This document shows, piece by piece, positions 10,905-24,823 of a stretch of DNA of 64,000 nucleotides. Position 1 is the stretch's first letter; each line of letters begins with the position of its first letter. The DNA lies in assembly GCA_963733035.1 (NCBI GenBank), contig CAVTBU010000005.1, forward strand, positions 1,344,001-1,408,000, in the 5' to 3' direction. The position numbers and the translations under genes are program-made. This DNA comes from Pirellulales bacterium. GTDB taxonomy: Bacteria; Planctomycetota; Planctomycetia; Pirellulales; PALSA-1355. Below the pieces are notes generated by a model that had not been told where the DNA came from, did not search any database, and was given only the letters and a program-made list of their open reading frames with translations.

Positions 10905-11729
10905 ATGCTTCTCGGACTCATCAATTCCGCCTGGGTACAAGCCAACCAGCCTACTGACTTCGGCTTGGAGCAGACGAAACGAATTGGCTTCGACGTCGTC
11001 GACGTCTTCTGCGATCCGCTCACGCTCGACGTCCGCGAGCGGCGGCTTGTCAAGGACCGCTGCGACGAGTTGGGCCTGCCGATCATTTCACTCCCCTGCG
11101 TGGCCGTGGGGCTGATCGACTTCAACGAGAGCGTGCGCGATTTTCACATCGAGCGGGTGTTGGAATTTCTCGACCTGGCGTACGAATATCAGGCGAAAAA
11201 TGTGCTGCTGGTGATTGGCGAATACATCTGGAACCGCGAGGTGATTCCGCCGGCCGAACAGTGGACGCTCGGCGTCGAGGCCGTGCGACTGCTCGGACGC
11301 AGGGCAGCCGAATTGAATCTGGAAATTGCCCTCGAGCTCGAGCCGTTTCCGCTCTCGCTGATCAACAATGTCGACACGATGGTTCGCTTTCTCGACGACG
11401 TCGATTTGCCCAACGTGTTGGCGAACCTCGACATCTCGCACCTCGTGCTCTCAAAAGTCCCGCCCGGGGAAATTCGCCGCTTGAAGGGGCGCGTCGGCCA
11501 CGTGCACCTTTCGGATTGCGACGGCAAGGTGCATGGCGATTTGCCCCCCGGACGCGGCGTCGTTCCGTTCGAGCCCTACCTGCGCGAAATCAAGGCCCTG
11601 GAACTCGGCAACCGGACGGTCTCGATCGAGTTGGAATATTCTCCCGAGCCGGCCAAGATCGTCCAGTGGGTGGAAGAGGCTTACCGTGCGACGGACAAAT
11701 TAATGCAGGATCTGAACCTGCGAAGTTAG
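10905..11729 (+). CDS. Sugar phosphate isomerase/epimerase (TIM barrel)
   Basis: [27 protein letters not shown] metal ligands. Confidence 0.88.
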   Translation: MLLGLINSAWVQANQPTDFGLEQTKRIGFDVVDVFCDPLTLDVRERRLVKDRCDELGLPIISLPCVAVGLIDFNESVRDFHIERVLEFLDLAYEYQAKNVLLVIGEYIWNREVIPPAEQWTLGVEAVRLLGRRAAELNLEIALELEPFPLSLINNVDTMVRFLDDVDLPNVLANLDISHLVLSKVPPGEIRRLKGRVGHVHLSDCDGKVHGDLPPGRGVVPFEPYLREIKALELGNRTVSIELEYSPEPAKIVQWVEEAYRATDKLMQDLNLRS

Positions 11730-11784
11730 CCGCCGCGGATGCGCCGAAATTGAACCGACCGTTGCCGCGCGAGGAAGTCCCGCC

Positions 11785-12243
11785 ATGCACGAATACTTCA
11801 TGCGAATGGCCCTGGCCGAGGCCGAGGCCGCCTTTGCCGAGGATGAAGTGCCGATCGGGGCGGTTATCGTGCGCGACGATCGTGTGATCGCCTCGGCCCA
11901 CAACCAGCGAGAGCAGCTACGCGATCCGACGGCGCATGCCGAGATGATCGCCATCACGCAGGCGGCGCAGCAGATGGAAAGCTGGCGGCTGGAAGGCTGC
12001 ACGCTGTACGTCACGCTCGAACCCTGCCCGATGTGCGCCGGCGCGATCCTGCAGGCCCGCGTGCCGACAGTCGTCTACGGAGTGCCCGACCCCAAAGGCG
12101 GCGCGGTTCACACGCTATATCAACTGCTCTCGGACCCGCGGCTCAACCATCGCCCGCAAACCGTGTCCGGCGTGCTGTTGGCGCCTTGCGGAGAAATCCT
12201 CTCGCGCTTCTTTCAGGCACAACGCAAACTGGGCAAGAAATAG
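11785..12243 (+). CDS. tadA: tRNA adenosine(34) deaminase
   Basis: [26 protein letters not shown]. Confidence 0.95.
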   Translation: MHEYFMRMALAEAEAAFAEDEVPIGAVIVRDDRVIASAHNQREQLRDPTAHAEMIAITQAAQQMESWRLEGCTLYVTLEPCPMCAGAILQARVPTVVYGVPDPKGGAVHTLYQLLSDPRLNHRPQTVSGVLLAPCGEILSRFFQAQRKLGKK

Positions 12244-12369
12244 CCGGCGGCGCTCCGATTTACCGGGTGATCAGCCGACCCTGAATTGCCGCTGGCTCTC
12301 GCATAGGGAGCGCCGTATGATCGAGCAGGACGGCGTCGAAACGCCCCATATCTCGCAGGCGGAGAATTC

Positions 12370-14551
12370 ATGATCGTTAACTCGCGAATTCGCATCGGTT
12401 GGTCCGCGCTTTTCGTGCTCCTGTTTGCCTGCGCCGCGCGGCCCACGCCGGCGGTGGACCCGAGAACGTGTGCCTGGTGGTCAATGCCAACAGTTGGGCC
12501 TCGCTGACCGTGGCCAATCAGTTCATCGCCTTGCGGCGCCTCCCGCCGATCAACGTCTACTACCTCAATTGGGACGGTGGCTTCGAGAGCACCGACGGCC
12601 AAACCTTTCGCGACCAGATCCTGACGCCGGTCCTCGATGCGCTGGACAAACGGGGCATTTATAACCAGATCGACTACATAATCTACTCGAGCGACCTGCC
12701 CTACTCGGTCGGCCTGGCGAAGGACTATGACCCGTTCGTCAAGCAGGGGAAATACCCCAGGCCATACGAATACTACACGCCGCTGGTGTCGATCAACTCG
12801 GCTACTTACCTCTGGCACCTGGTAGAGAACAAATTGCCCCTCGCCATGGAATTGGAGGTGAACCGCTACATGCGCAACTTCACGAATGTGAAGCAAAAGA
12901 ATACGCGCCAGGTCGCCGCCCCGAGTCACGGCTTTCATAGTTGGTACGGCTGGGGCCGAGACGGTGCGCTAATCGAGGGGGGCGGGCAACCCTACATGCT
13001 CTCCACCATGCTGGGCGTGACCAGCGGACGCGGCAACTCGGTTTACGAAGTTCTCGACTATCTGAAGCGCAGCGCGGCCGCCGACGGCACCTCGCCCAAA
13101 GGCACGATCTACTTCACCCGCACCGATAACGTGCGCTCGACCTCGCGGCAGGATGAGGTGGCCGAGGCCATGCGCGAACTCGAAAAACTGGGAGTCGCGA
13201 GCCGCGTTGTCACCACGGCGATGCCGATGCAGGCCGGTGACGTGCAGGGCCTGCTCTCGGGTGTCGAAACGTTCTCCTGGCCCGCCACCGGTAGCACGAT
13301 TCTGCCCGGAGCCATCTGCGATAATTTCACCAGCTTTGGCGGCGTCCTCCGCGAGGACTCAAGCCAGACCCCGCTCACCGAATTCCTCCGCTACGGAGCC
13401 GCCGGTTCGGCCGGCACGGTCGTCGAGCCCTTGTCGATCGCCCAAAAGTTCGCCTCGCCGAATATCTTCGTCCACTACGCCCGTGGTTGCTCGCTGGCCG
13501 AATCGTACTACCAGGCGTTGTTCGGGCCGGCTCAAGTGCTGATCGTCGGTGATCCACTCTGTCAGCCCTGGGCCAACATACCGCAAGTGACCGTTGCGGG
13601 CGTCGAGCCGTCGGCCAAGGTGTCGGGAACGCTCACCCTAAAACCCGAATCCAGTCTGAAGAGGGACGGTAAGATTTCCCGCTACGTCCTGCTGGTCGAC
13701 GGCCGCCGCGCCGGCGTCGCGCAACCCGGCGCGGACCTGGTTTGGGACTCGACGACCGAGTGCGACGGCTATCACGAGCTGCGCGTCGTGGCCACGGTCG
13801 ATGATCCGATCGAAACTCAAGGCCGGGCGATCCTACCGGTCGTGGTTGACAACGCCGGGCATTCGGCCGTCCTGGCCACGCGGCCAGCCGGAAGTGTCCG
13901 CTGGGACCAGGTGTTGCAAGTTGCCGCCCGCGCGCGGGCGCCAAGCAGATTGTCGTGCTCAACAACGGCCGGCTGCTCGGCACGATCCAAGGCGACGAAG
14001 GCACGCTCAAGGTCGACCCGCGCGTGCTCGGCCTCGGTGCGGTCGATGTGCAGGCCGTCGGGCTGTTTGGTCGCGGCCCGCTCGAGCGCGTCGTGCCGCC
14101 GCCCGTGCGACTGACGGTACAAGCGGCCACGCCGCTGCCCGCACAGCCGGCGCCGCGCGACAGCCTGCTACCGGGTCTGGTCCTCAAGCTGGCCAACCAG
14201 CGAATCGTGCCGGTGCAAGACACGCGCGACCAGGGTTGGCTGGTGGCCAACGGCGTCGGACCCGATCAGCCGTATGTCTTCCAGGCCTACTTCGAGGTCC
14301 CTGACCAGGCAGTCTATCAATTCCAGCTATGGCACTTCGGCCAGTTGCAACTGGCGGTCGACGGCCGCACGCTCTTTCGCGGCAACGACGGCAAGTACGA
14401 GCAGAAGTTCGTTCCGGTGTCGTTGGCCGCCGGCCTGCACCGCCTGACAGTCGCCGGCAAGGCGGGCCAGGACGTCCGGCTGCGAATCCTCTTCGGCGGC
14501 CGCGGCACCCAAAGCCTGAGCGGCCAAATCTTCAAACACCCGAAGCGGTAA
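12370..14551 (+). CDS. TIGR03790-like secreted protein with C-terminal beta-sandwich domains; frameshifts near 12435 and 13935
   Basis: Signal peptide from ATG 12370 (GGAG SD); PENVCLVVN, PGAICDNFTSFGG, GTVVEP, VGDPLCQP; continues in ORF 13955-14551. Confidence 0.75.
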
Positions 14552-14614
14552 GCCGAGCTAGGGCCGACAAGACCTGGTGCCCATTGCTCGCGCCACGCCA
14601 TCCCACCTCGTCTG

Positions 14615-14652
14615 AAAAAAAACGCCCCGCGAATTGGCTTCGCGGGGCGTTT
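14615..14652. terminator. Bidirectional intrinsic terminator
   Basis: A8-CGCCCCGCGAA-ttggc-TTCGCGGGGCG-TTT between convergent genes. Confidence 0.85.
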
Positions 14653-14688
14653 GGGTTGGGCTTTGGGAGAATCAATGTCCGAGTGAGT

Positions 14689-15924
14689 TTAGAACTCCGA
14701 CTCATTGAGAATGTAAAACGGATACCCGCCTTGGGGGTTGTTCCATGCATTAATTGCAAGCACCGACTGACTGTTGGGTGTTCCGATGTTGACTTGCTTC
14801 TGGTTCGGAGTCATCAGTTGGGTAAACACCTTGTAGTCGATCTCTGCACTCAGGTAGCCAGCATTGCCGCCGCAGTACGCGACGTTTACACCGCCCGAAT
14901 GGTTGGCCGAAGGTCGAGAAAACGCCAAGCCGGTGGGACTGGAAATGTTCATACTGTTGTACAACAGCTGTATGGACCCGGTAACGATTTGGGAATTGTC
15001 GTTGATCCCATACGTACCAAGCGTCAACGGCGAGGTGTACACATTGGACGGCGTTCCGGACTGCCCCTCGTTATTCATGTTGCCGGTCAAGTACCACACC
15101 ATCCCCGTATTCTCACGAACGGCCATGTCGGTGTTATAGAAACCCCGTATTGTCACGCTTTCCGGAATTGCCGTTCCCGTCGGATTGTTTGGGTCGACAG
15201 CCCAGTTGCCGGCTTGCAGGTTCTCGCTGAGCATGATGGTGTACGTTGTACCATCGCGGGTGCTGATGAAATCCGCGTTGATTTTCACACCGCCACCGGG
15301 AGTCGCGCCAGATGGCACGCTTGCGCTAGTTCCAGCCCAAAGTGATTGATTGAAAAACACGCCCGAATTCACGTCTTCGGGAACGTACGTCGCGCCACTA
15401 GGGGTGACGGTGGGGACTTGTACGGAAGTATCATTTGGCGTTTTGGCGAGCCCTGTATTCACCACGTACGAAAGAGGATTCCCGCCGAGGTCAGGATTTG
15501 CGTTACTCGGACAAATGAGGATTTCCATCGGCGAGTAAAACGTTGCGGCGGAAGTCGTCGGAATGTGGGCAAACTGTGAATAAGACGTAAGAACATTGCC
15601 GACTTTGTGCCAATTCTGATAGAGGTCATTTCGCTCTAGTTGAGGAAGGATTGGCACAACCCATGAGGCCCGAATGTATGGAATTGTCGAATCATGTGTC
15701 GGGATCAACTGTACGTAGCCCGGATATGATTTCTTCGTCTCTTGAAATTGTGTGAGCGCCAGCGAACACTGCCGCATGTTGTTCTGGCAAACGCTGCGCC
15801 TGCCCGCTTCGCGGGCGGCTTGGATGGCTGGCAGCAGGAGCGAGACCAGCATGCCAATGATCGTGATGACGACTAGCAGTTCCACGAGCGTGAAACCGCG
15901 CGACCTCTGCTTCGGACGAGCCAT
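14689..15924 (-). CDS. DUF1559 protein with prepilin-type N-terminal methylation motif
   Basis: [46 protein letters not shown]-terminal [12 protein letters not shown]. Confidence 0.93.
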   Translation of the reverse strand: MARPKQRSRGFTLVELLVVITIIGMLVSLLLPAIQAAREAGRRSVCQNNMRQCSLALTQFQETKKSYPGYVQLIPTHDSTIPYIRASWVVPILPQLERNDLYQNWHKVGNVLTSYSQFAHIPTTSAATFYSPMEILICPSNANPDLGGNPLSYVVNTGLAKTPNDTSVQVPTVTPSGATYVPEDVNSGVFFNQSLWAGTSASVPSGATPGGGVKINADFISTRDGTTYTIMLSENLQAGNWAVDPNNPTGTAIPESVTIRGFYNTDMAVRENTGMVWYLTGNMNNEGQSGTPSNVYTSPLTLGTYGINDNSQIVTGSIQLLYNSMNISSPTGLAFSRPSANHSGGVNVAYCGGNAGYLSAEIDYKVFTQLMTPNQKQVNIGTPNSQSVLAINAWNNPQGGYPFYILNESEF

Positions 15925-16488
15925 TGCTGTCTCTCCTCCCATGAATCCCCGTTCAGATGTGACCTCTAAACCCAGCCCAAGCCCATTTTCGCCGAACTTC
16001 CCAGCGGCGTCCAGTGTTTTTCGGGCAAAAATGGTTGCGCCTGTGCGTTTTGTAAGGGGCGCCGAGGTCCTGAGTCGTGTCACCAGGCCCGCGTCGAGCC
16101 TCAGCCAGGGCAGGCTTTGCCGTTCGATTGCGGTGGGGCTTGAAATCGGGCGACAAATCATCGAATCCCGTTTGTGCAGCGGGTATTGCCGCGAGACTGC
16201 GGGCCGGCGCAACGCATAAAATGTCGCCAATATTTGACAACGCGGCACTCCTCGGCTAGCATCAACGCGCGCTTGATCGAGGGAACGATCGTGATCCGCG
16301 AAACGCGTTTTCGTGGACGGTTACCTCGGAGATGGCCAACCCGCCCGAACATCCCACCACACGCGTTTTCGCCCATACCGAAGCTTGATGGTGCTTAATT
16401 TTAAGTACCCGAGGTCCACTGCTGCGAAGACCCGCTACGCGACCGACACCCTGGTTTCCTGCGGCCTCAAACATTTAGGGAGATCCGT

Positions 16489-17793
<1,305 letters not shown>

Positions 17794-17917
17794 GAGCGAA
17801 CCGCCGGGTCTCGCTGGGGTGGCTCGCGCGGCTACCACGCTCGCAAAGCGGGCAACGAGATCGCGGCTTGCTCCGGGAGCCTGCCATGCCTCAACCTAAC
17901 CAACTCGAGGTTTTCTG

Positions 17918-20396
17918 ATGCACGTTCGATCGCTATTTCGCGCCTGCGCGCCCAGCCGCGGCCATGGTTTTCTTGGCACTCGCGGCCGTGGCGGCGCAAG
18001 CTGCGGCCCCCGCCTACAGCGGCAATTCACCGCTCGGGGCGCAACGCGGCAAGGAAGCGGAGGTCACCTTCAGCGGTGCCAGGCTCTCCGATGCCCAGGA
18101 GCTTATGTTCTATGAGCCCGAGATCACGGTGCAGAGCCTCGAGCCGGCCGCGGACGGAAACTCGCTGAAAGCGAAGCTCGCCATCGCCGCCGATTGCCGC
18201 CTGGGGCTCCACCAGATCCGTATTCGCACGGCCACCGGCATCTCGAACCTGCGCACGTTTAGCGTCGGTGCTCTGCCTGAAGTCAGCGAAGCGGAGCCCA
18301 ATAGCGAATTCAACGCGCCGCAGAAGGTCGGACTCGACACGGTCATCAACGGCGTGGCTGAAAACGAAGACGTCGACTACTACGCCGTCGAAGCCAAAAA
18401 AGGGGAGCGGATCACCGCCGAAATCGAAGGACTGCGGCTGGGCTACACATTCTTCGACCCCTTCGTCGCGATTCTCGATGCCAAGCGATTTGAACTGGCT
18501 CGCTCCGACGACGCACCGTTGGTCCGCCAGGACTGCGTCGCCTCGATCGTGGCGCCCGAGGACGGCACCTATATCATCGAAGCCCGCGAAACTTCGTTCG
18601 CCGGCAACGGCGCCTGCCACTATCGCCTGCACGTTGGACGATTTCCCCGACCGACGGCCGTACTGCCGTTCGGTGGGAAAATTGGCGAGGCCGTCAAAGT
18701 TGAGTGGCTGGGAGATGTGTTGGGGCCGAAGTCCGAGGAAATCACCCTTCCGGGCGAAGCCCCGCACGAGTTCGGCGTCTTCACCAAGGACGATCAGGGC
18801 ATCTCACCGTCGGCGCTTCCCTTTCGACTGACGAACTTGAACAATGTGCTCGAGGTCGAACCGAACAACGAACTGGCCCAGAGCACCCCCTGCGACGCCC
18901 CCATCGCCATGAACGGCGTGATTGGCGAAGCCAAGGACGTCGACTGCTTCAAGTTTGTCGCGAAGAAGGGGCAGGTGCTCAACGTCCGTCTGTTTGCCCG
19001 GGAATACGGCTCGCCGCTGGATTCGGTGCTCAACGTTTATCGTATCGGCGGCGCACACGTGGGTGGCAACGACGACGTCGGTGGTTATGCCGGCGCGGCC
19101 GACAGCTACCTGCGCGTAACGATTCCCGAAGACGATACCTACGTGGTGCGCATCAACGACCATCTAAGCCAGGGCGGCCCCACGTACGTGTATCGCGTGG
19201 AAGTCACGCCTGTCGAACCGGCCCTCACGCTGGGCCTCTCGGAACGAAGCCAATTCGTCGACATCGTGGCCCCCGTGCCACAGGGAAACCGCATGGCCTT
19301 GTTGGTCAATGCGTCGCGTGCCGATTTTGGTGGCGAACTGAATTTGGAATTCAAGGATCTGCCGGCGGGCGTCACGGTCGAGACGCTGCCGATGGCCGGC
19401 AACCGCAGCGACGTCCCCGTGCTGCTCACCGCCGCCCCCGACGCTCCGGTAGCGGGCTCGCTGGTCGACGTCATTGGTCGACCGGCGGATGCGAACCTGA
19501 AGGTGGAAGGGCACTTGAATCAGCGCACCTCGCTCACGCGTGGCCAGAACAATATCGAAGTGTGGAACCAATACACTCAGCGAATGGCGACTGCGGTCAC
19601 GGGCGAGACCCAGTATTCGATCGAAATCGTGGAACCGAAGGTCCCCCTGGTGCGCAACGGATCGATGGGCCTGAAGATCGTTGCCAAGCGCAAGGAGGGT
19701 TTCACCGCGCCGATCCACGTGCAAATGCTCTACAACCCGCCAGGTGTTGGTTCCTCGGGTTCAATCTCAATTCCCGAGGGCCAGACCGAAGCGGTCATTC
19801 CGCTGACCGCCAACAGCGGCGCTGAAGTGAACAAGTGGAAGATTGTCGTGCTGGGTGATGCGACCGTGGGCGACGGGACGATAACAGTCGCCTCGCAGAT
19901 GGCCACGCTGGACGTTGCCGAACCGTTCGTGGCGTTCGAGTTTCTGGCCGCGACGACCGAAAAGGGCAAATCGACCGAGATCGTCGTGAAGGTGACCAAG
20001 GCCAAGGACTTTGAAGGCTCGGCCAAGGTGAAAATGCTCGGCTTGCCCAACGAAGTAACCACCGAGGAAAAAGAAATCACCAAGGACACGACGGAGTTGG
20101 TGTTCCCCGTTGCGACCACGGCCAACTCGCCGGTGGGCAAGCATGCCACGGTGATTTGCCAGGCCACGATCGTGGCCAACGAAGAGCCCATTCTGCACAC
20201 TTTGGGAACCGGCGAACTGCGCATTGACGAGCCGTTGCCGCCGAAGCCCGACGCACCGGTCGCCGCGGCCCCGATGCCCATGCCCGAGGCCGCGCCCATG
20301 CCCGAAAAACGACTCAGCCTATTGGAAAAACTCCGCCTCGAACGTAAAGAAGCGAAAGCCGCGCGAGCCGCCCAGGCCGCAGGAGACACGCAATGA
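17918..20396 (+). CDS. Secreted pre-peptidase C-terminal (PPC) repeat protein; probable frameshift near 17950 (alternative start 17964)
   Basis: Repeated EAEPN/EVEPNN...INGV...DVDYY/DVDCF modules; signal peptide; operon position. Confidence 0.85.
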
Positions 20397-22967
20397 AACG
20401 GACGATTCTCGCCCTCACGCTGCTGACCGGGATCGCCGGTCGATTATTCGCCGACGAGCCGCCGGCCGCGGCTCCTGCGCCTGAAGCGGCGCCTGCCGCC
20501 ACGCCCGAGCCGGCGCCCGCCGAAGCGACGCCAGCTGCCACGCCCGAGCCGGCGCCCGCCGAAGCGACGCCAGCTGCCACGCCCGAAGCGGCACCCGAGA
20601 AAGCCGCGCCGGAGCCGCAAATGACGCTGGCCGCCTATCCGCCGGACGTTCAACTCACGACTTCTCGCGATCGCCAATCGTACATCGTCGTGGCTACCCG
20701 AGCCGACGGCGTCACGCTGGACGTCACGGCCGAGGCTAAGGCGACGCTCGCCAACCCGGCGCTGGCGAGACTCGCAGGCAACACGCTTCACCCCGCGGCC
20801 GACGGCGAAACGACGCTGACGCTGGAATACCAGGGTCAATCAGTCGCGCTGCCGGTCAAAGTGGCCCAAGCGACAACGGATCGGCCAATCAGCTTCAAGC
20901 TCGACGTGATGCCGGTCTTCATGCGCTCCGGCTGCAATACGGGGAGTTGCCACGGCGCCGCTCGGGGCAAAGATGGGTTCAACCTTTCGCTGTTCGGTTT
21001 TGATCCCGACGGCGACTACAACCGGATCACGCACGAGATTGGCTTTCGCCGGATCAACCTGGCCCTGCCCGCTGAAAGCCTGCTGATGCAAAAGGCTGAC
21101 GGCAGCGTGCCGCATACCGGAGGCAAACGATTCGCGCCTGACAGCGAGTACTACCAGACGGTGCTCCGCTGGCTCGAAGCCGGCGTACCGCACGATCCGG
21201 CCGACGTCGCCACTCCCACCGCGCTTGAAATCTATCCACCGAAAGCCGTGCTGGAAGGGGAGGGAGCCACGCAGCAGTTCATTGCCCGTGCGAAGTATTC
21301 CGACGGCACCGATCGAGACGTCACGAACCTGGCGGTGTTCTTGACGAACAACGACAACTCGGCTCCCGTCGACGCCGAGGGTCTGGTAACCGCCGGCGCA
21401 CGCGGCGAAGCGTTCATCTTCGGCGCTTCGCAACTTACACGGTCGGCAGTCAGGCCTTGGTGCTTCCCAAGGATATCGACTACACCGCCCCCACGACGCC
21501 GCCAGCCAATTACGTCGATGAGCTCGTGAACGCCAAACTGAACAAGATCCGCGTGCTGCCGAGCGAATTGTGCAGCGACGAAGTCTTTCTCCGCCGTGTG
21601 ACGATCGACATCACGGGGCTGCTGCCCACCGTCGAGGAATACAACGAGTTCATGGCCGACAACTCGCCGGACAAACGAGCCAAGCTCGTCGACCGGCTGC
21701 TCGAGCGGAAGGAGTTTTCCGAAATCTGGGCCATGAAATGGGCCAACCTGCTGATGGTCAAGTCGTCGAACGAGGTGAGCTACAAGAGCGCGTTCTTGTA
21801 TTCGAGCTGGCTGACCAACCAGATATCGAACAACGTGCCGCTCAACGTCATGGTGCAGGAACTGCTCAGCGCCAGCGGCGGCACGTTCAGCAATCCGCCT
21901 ACGAACTATTTCCAGATCGAACGCGACACGCTCAAGACGGCCGAAAACGTGGCCCAAGTGTTCATGGGCATCCGCACGCAATGCGCGCAGTGTCATAATC
22001 ATCCGTTCGACCGCTGGACGATGGACGATTACTACGGCTTCGCCGCCTTTTTCGCACAGATCGGCCGCAAGCAAGGCGCCGACTATCGCGAAACAATCGT
22101 CTTCAACTCTGGTGGCGGTGAAGTGAAGCACCCCGTGGGCGGACGCGTGATGGCGCCGAAGTTCCTCGGCGGACCGGCCCCCGACGTGGCAGGCAAGGAT
22201 CGACGCGAAGTGCTGGTCAAATGGTTGGCCTCGCCCGAAAACCCCTTCTTCGCCACCAGCGTCGCCAATCGCGTGTGGGCTCACTTCTTCGGCATCGGCA
22301 TCATCGAGCCGGTGGACGACATTCGCGTCAGCAATCCGGCCAGCAATCCCGAGCTCTTCCAAGCGCTGGGCGACAAACTCACCAGCTACAACTACGACTT
22401 CAAGCAATTGGTGCGTGACATCGCCAATTCGCAAACCTACCAACGGGCATCACAGGCCAATGCCAGCAACGAAACGGACCTGACGAATTTTTCGCACGCT
22501 CGAATCCGCCGTATCCCGGCGGAAAGCGTGCTCGACTGCCTGAGTCAGGTGACCGACGTGCCGGACAAATTCCGAGGCCTGCCGCTTGGCGCCGCGCGGT
22601 GCAAATTGCCGACGGCCAAACCAGTAATTACTTCCTCACGTCGTTTGGACGCTCCCAACGTCTAACCGCTTGTGAGGGAGAGGCCACCACCTCGCCCACG
22701 CTTTCACAGGCGCTGCACATGATCAACGGCGACACGATCTCTCGCAAGATCGGCCAGAGCAAGTGGCTACAGTCGCAAATCGACGCCGGTAAGAAACCGC
22801 CCGAGATCATCGAAAACATCTACATCGCCTGCCTTTCGCGCAAACCGACGACCGAGGAGTTGCAGAAGCTCGAGGGCCTGGTTGGCGCCGACGCGAACGT
22901 GCGCGCGGCCGTCGACGACGTCCTGTGGGCGGTGCTCAACTCGCGCGAGTACCTCTTCAATCACTAA
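20393..22967 (+). CDS. DUF1549/DUF1553 protein with Ig-like domains; frameshifts near 21422 and 22595
   Basis: CNTGSCHG, FLRRVTIDITG, CAQCHNHPFDRW, ANRVWAHFFGIGII, QALHMING, WAVLNSREYLFNH spread over three consecutive ORFs. Confidence 0.88.
20498..20586 (+). repeat. 39-bp tandem repeat (about 2.3 copies) encoding ATPEPAPAEATPA linker
   Basis: GCCACGCCCGAGCCGGCGCCCGCCGAAGCGACGCCAGCT exact x2 plus partial copy. Confidence 0.92.
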
Positions 22968-24697
22968 TGAATTCGGATACCCGGTTACTTAAAGCCATGC
23001 ACCGAAACCTACTTGATATCAGCGTCGTTCTGACGACCGTTTTGCTCGGCGTGCTGACTTGCACGACGGCCGTGTCCGACGAGGCCGCGCCGGAAAAGGT
23101 CACCTACGACGATCACGTCAAAGCGATCTTTCGCGAACATTGCTTCAGCTGCCACAACCAGGACACCAAGAAGAGCGATCTATCGCTGGCCGCCTATGGC
23201 GCCTTGATGGAAGGTGGTGCGTCGGGTGCGGTTATCGAGCCCGGCGACCCGGACAGCTCGCGCTTGTGGGGTCTGGTGACGCACACCGATGAGCCGGCCA
23301 TGCCGCCCATGCAAGACAAACTTCCCGAGGCCAAGCTCGAAACGATCAAGAAATGGATTCTGGGAGGCGCCCTGGAAAACACTGGCTCAGTGGCCAAAGT
23401 GAAGAAGGGCCCCTCGATGCAAATGCTCGCCACCAGCGGCAGCGCCAAACCCGAGGGTCCGCCGCCGATGCCCGAAAAGCGTTCGCGGCAACCGATCGTC
23501 TACACAGAACGGGCCGGCGCCGTCACCGCACTGGCCGCCAGCCCTTGGGCTCCGCTGGTCGCACTCGCCGGTCAGAAGCAAATCCTGCTCTACAATTCCG
23601 ACACTGCCGAATTGCTCTGCGTGCTCCCCTTTCCGGAAGGCATCGCGCACGTGCTTAAATTCAGCCGCTCGGGCACGCTGCTTCTGGCGGGCGGAGGCAT
23701 CGGCGCGAAATCCGGCACCGTCGTCATCTACGACGTCAAAACGGGCGAGCGCGTGACGAGCGTCGGCGAGGAACTCGATGTGGTTCTCGCCGCGGACATC
23801 AACGAAGACCACACCCGGATCGCCCTCGGCGGTCCGGGCCGCGTGGTGCGGATTTATTCGATCGAGGGTGAGCTGTTGCACGAAATCCGCAAGCACACGG
23901 AATGGATTTACGCGGTTGAATTCAGCCCCGACGGCGTGCTGCTGGCCACGGCCGACCGCAACGGCGGCCTGTTCGTCTGGGAAGCGGAAACGGCGCGCGA
24001 ATACCAGAATCTGGCCGGCCACAAAGGGGGCGTCACCGACGTCAGCTGGCGGGCCGACTCCAACGTGCTGGCCAGCGCCAGCGAAGATGGCACGATTAAG
24101 CTCTGGGAGATGGAAGGCGGTAAGGAAATCAAGAATATCGGCGCTCATGGGGGCGGCGTAACGGCCGTGGAGTTCGCCCAAGACGGCAAAATTGTTTCCG
24201 CGGGTCGGGATCGCCTCACGAAGCTGTGGGACGGCAACGGCGGCGCAATTCGCGAGTTCCCGCCGCTTGGTGATCTGGCCATGGAAGTGGCGATCACCCA
24301 CAACTCCGGGCGCGTGATCGCCGGTGACTGGCTGGGCGAGGTGCGCATGTGGGACGCCGCCGACGGCAAGCAAGTAGCCCGGTTGCCACCGAATCCGCCC
24401 ACGCTGCAAATGCTTGTCGATGCCCAAATGGCGGCTGCCGAGGCCGCTGGCAAGGCCGCCGCTCAAGCGGCCGCCGAAGTCGAGGCGCAAAAGGCCGTCG
24501 CAGCCGCCGCGGGCGAAGCGGCCAAAAAAGCGGCCGCGGAATTGGCCGCGGCTGAAGCCGCGCTGGCCGAAAAATCCAAGGCCAGCCAGGCCGCCGCCGA
24601 GGCCGCGGCAGCTGCCAAGGCGAAGCTCGACAGCCTGGCCACCGAAAAGGCGGCTTTCGAAGAATCGCAATCGGCTCAGGCCAGCACGGCCAAGTAA
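22967..24697 (+). CDS. Planctomycete cytochrome c domain + WD40 repeat protein with Ala-rich coiled-coil tail
   Basis: CFSCH, MPP...IKKWI, WD repeats (GHKGGVTDVSW, IKLWE, VRMWD); TAATG overlap with upstream gene. Confidence 0.9.
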   Translation: MNSDTRLLKAMHRNLLDISVVLTTVLLGVLTCTTAVSDEAAPEKVTYDDHVKAIFREHCFSCHNQDTKKSDLSLAAYGALMEGGASGAVIEPGDPDSSRLWGLVTHTDEPAMPPMQDKLPEAKLETIKKWILGGALENTGSVAKVKKGPSMQMLATSGSAKPEGPPPMPEKRSRQPIVYTERAGAVTALAASPWAPLVALAGQKQILLYNSDTAELLCVLPFPEGIAHVLKFSRSGTLLLAGGGIGAKSGTVVIYDVKTGERVTSVGEELDVVLAADINEDHTRIALGGPGRVVRIYSIEGELLHEIRKHTEWIYAVEFSPDGVLLATADRNGGLFVWEAETAREYQNLAGHKGGVTDVSWRADSNVLASASEDGTIKLWEMEGGKEIKNIGAHGGGVTAVEFAQDGKIVSAGRDRLTKLWDGNGGAIREFPPLGDLAMEVAITHNSGRVIAGDWLGEVRMWDAADGKQVARLPPNPPTLQMLVDAQMAAAEAAGKAAAQAAAEVEAQKAVAAAAGEAAKKAAAELAAAEAALAEKSKASQAAAEAAAAAKAKLDSLATEKAAFEESQSAQASTAK

Positions 24698-24747
24698 TGC
24701 GAAACTCTCCGCGGTAAGTTTCAAGCAGCGCACATTCGAAGCGGCGC

Positions 24748-24796
24748 AAAAAAAGAAGCACATCGCCCCTGGGTCGTCGGGCGATGTGCTTTTCTA
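24748..24796. terminator. Bidirectional intrinsic terminator
   Basis: AAGCACATCGCCC...GGGCGATGTGCTT flanked by A and T runs, between convergent genes. Confidence 0.8.
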
Positions 24797-24823
24797 TAAA
24801 GTCCGGTTCAGCCTCTTCGAGTA

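Noticed and set aside
20498..20586. CRISPR array
   Set aside because: Contiguous in-frame coding repeats with no spacers and no cas genes
20393..22967. Programmed frameshifting or true pseudogenes in split genes
   Set aside because: No slippery heptamers, no nonsense decay, scattered across unrelated genes; sequencing error is more parsimonious
24420..24690. DNA repeat element in Ala/Lys/Glu-rich stretch
   Set aside because: Low-complexity coiled-coil coding sequence without exact repeat units
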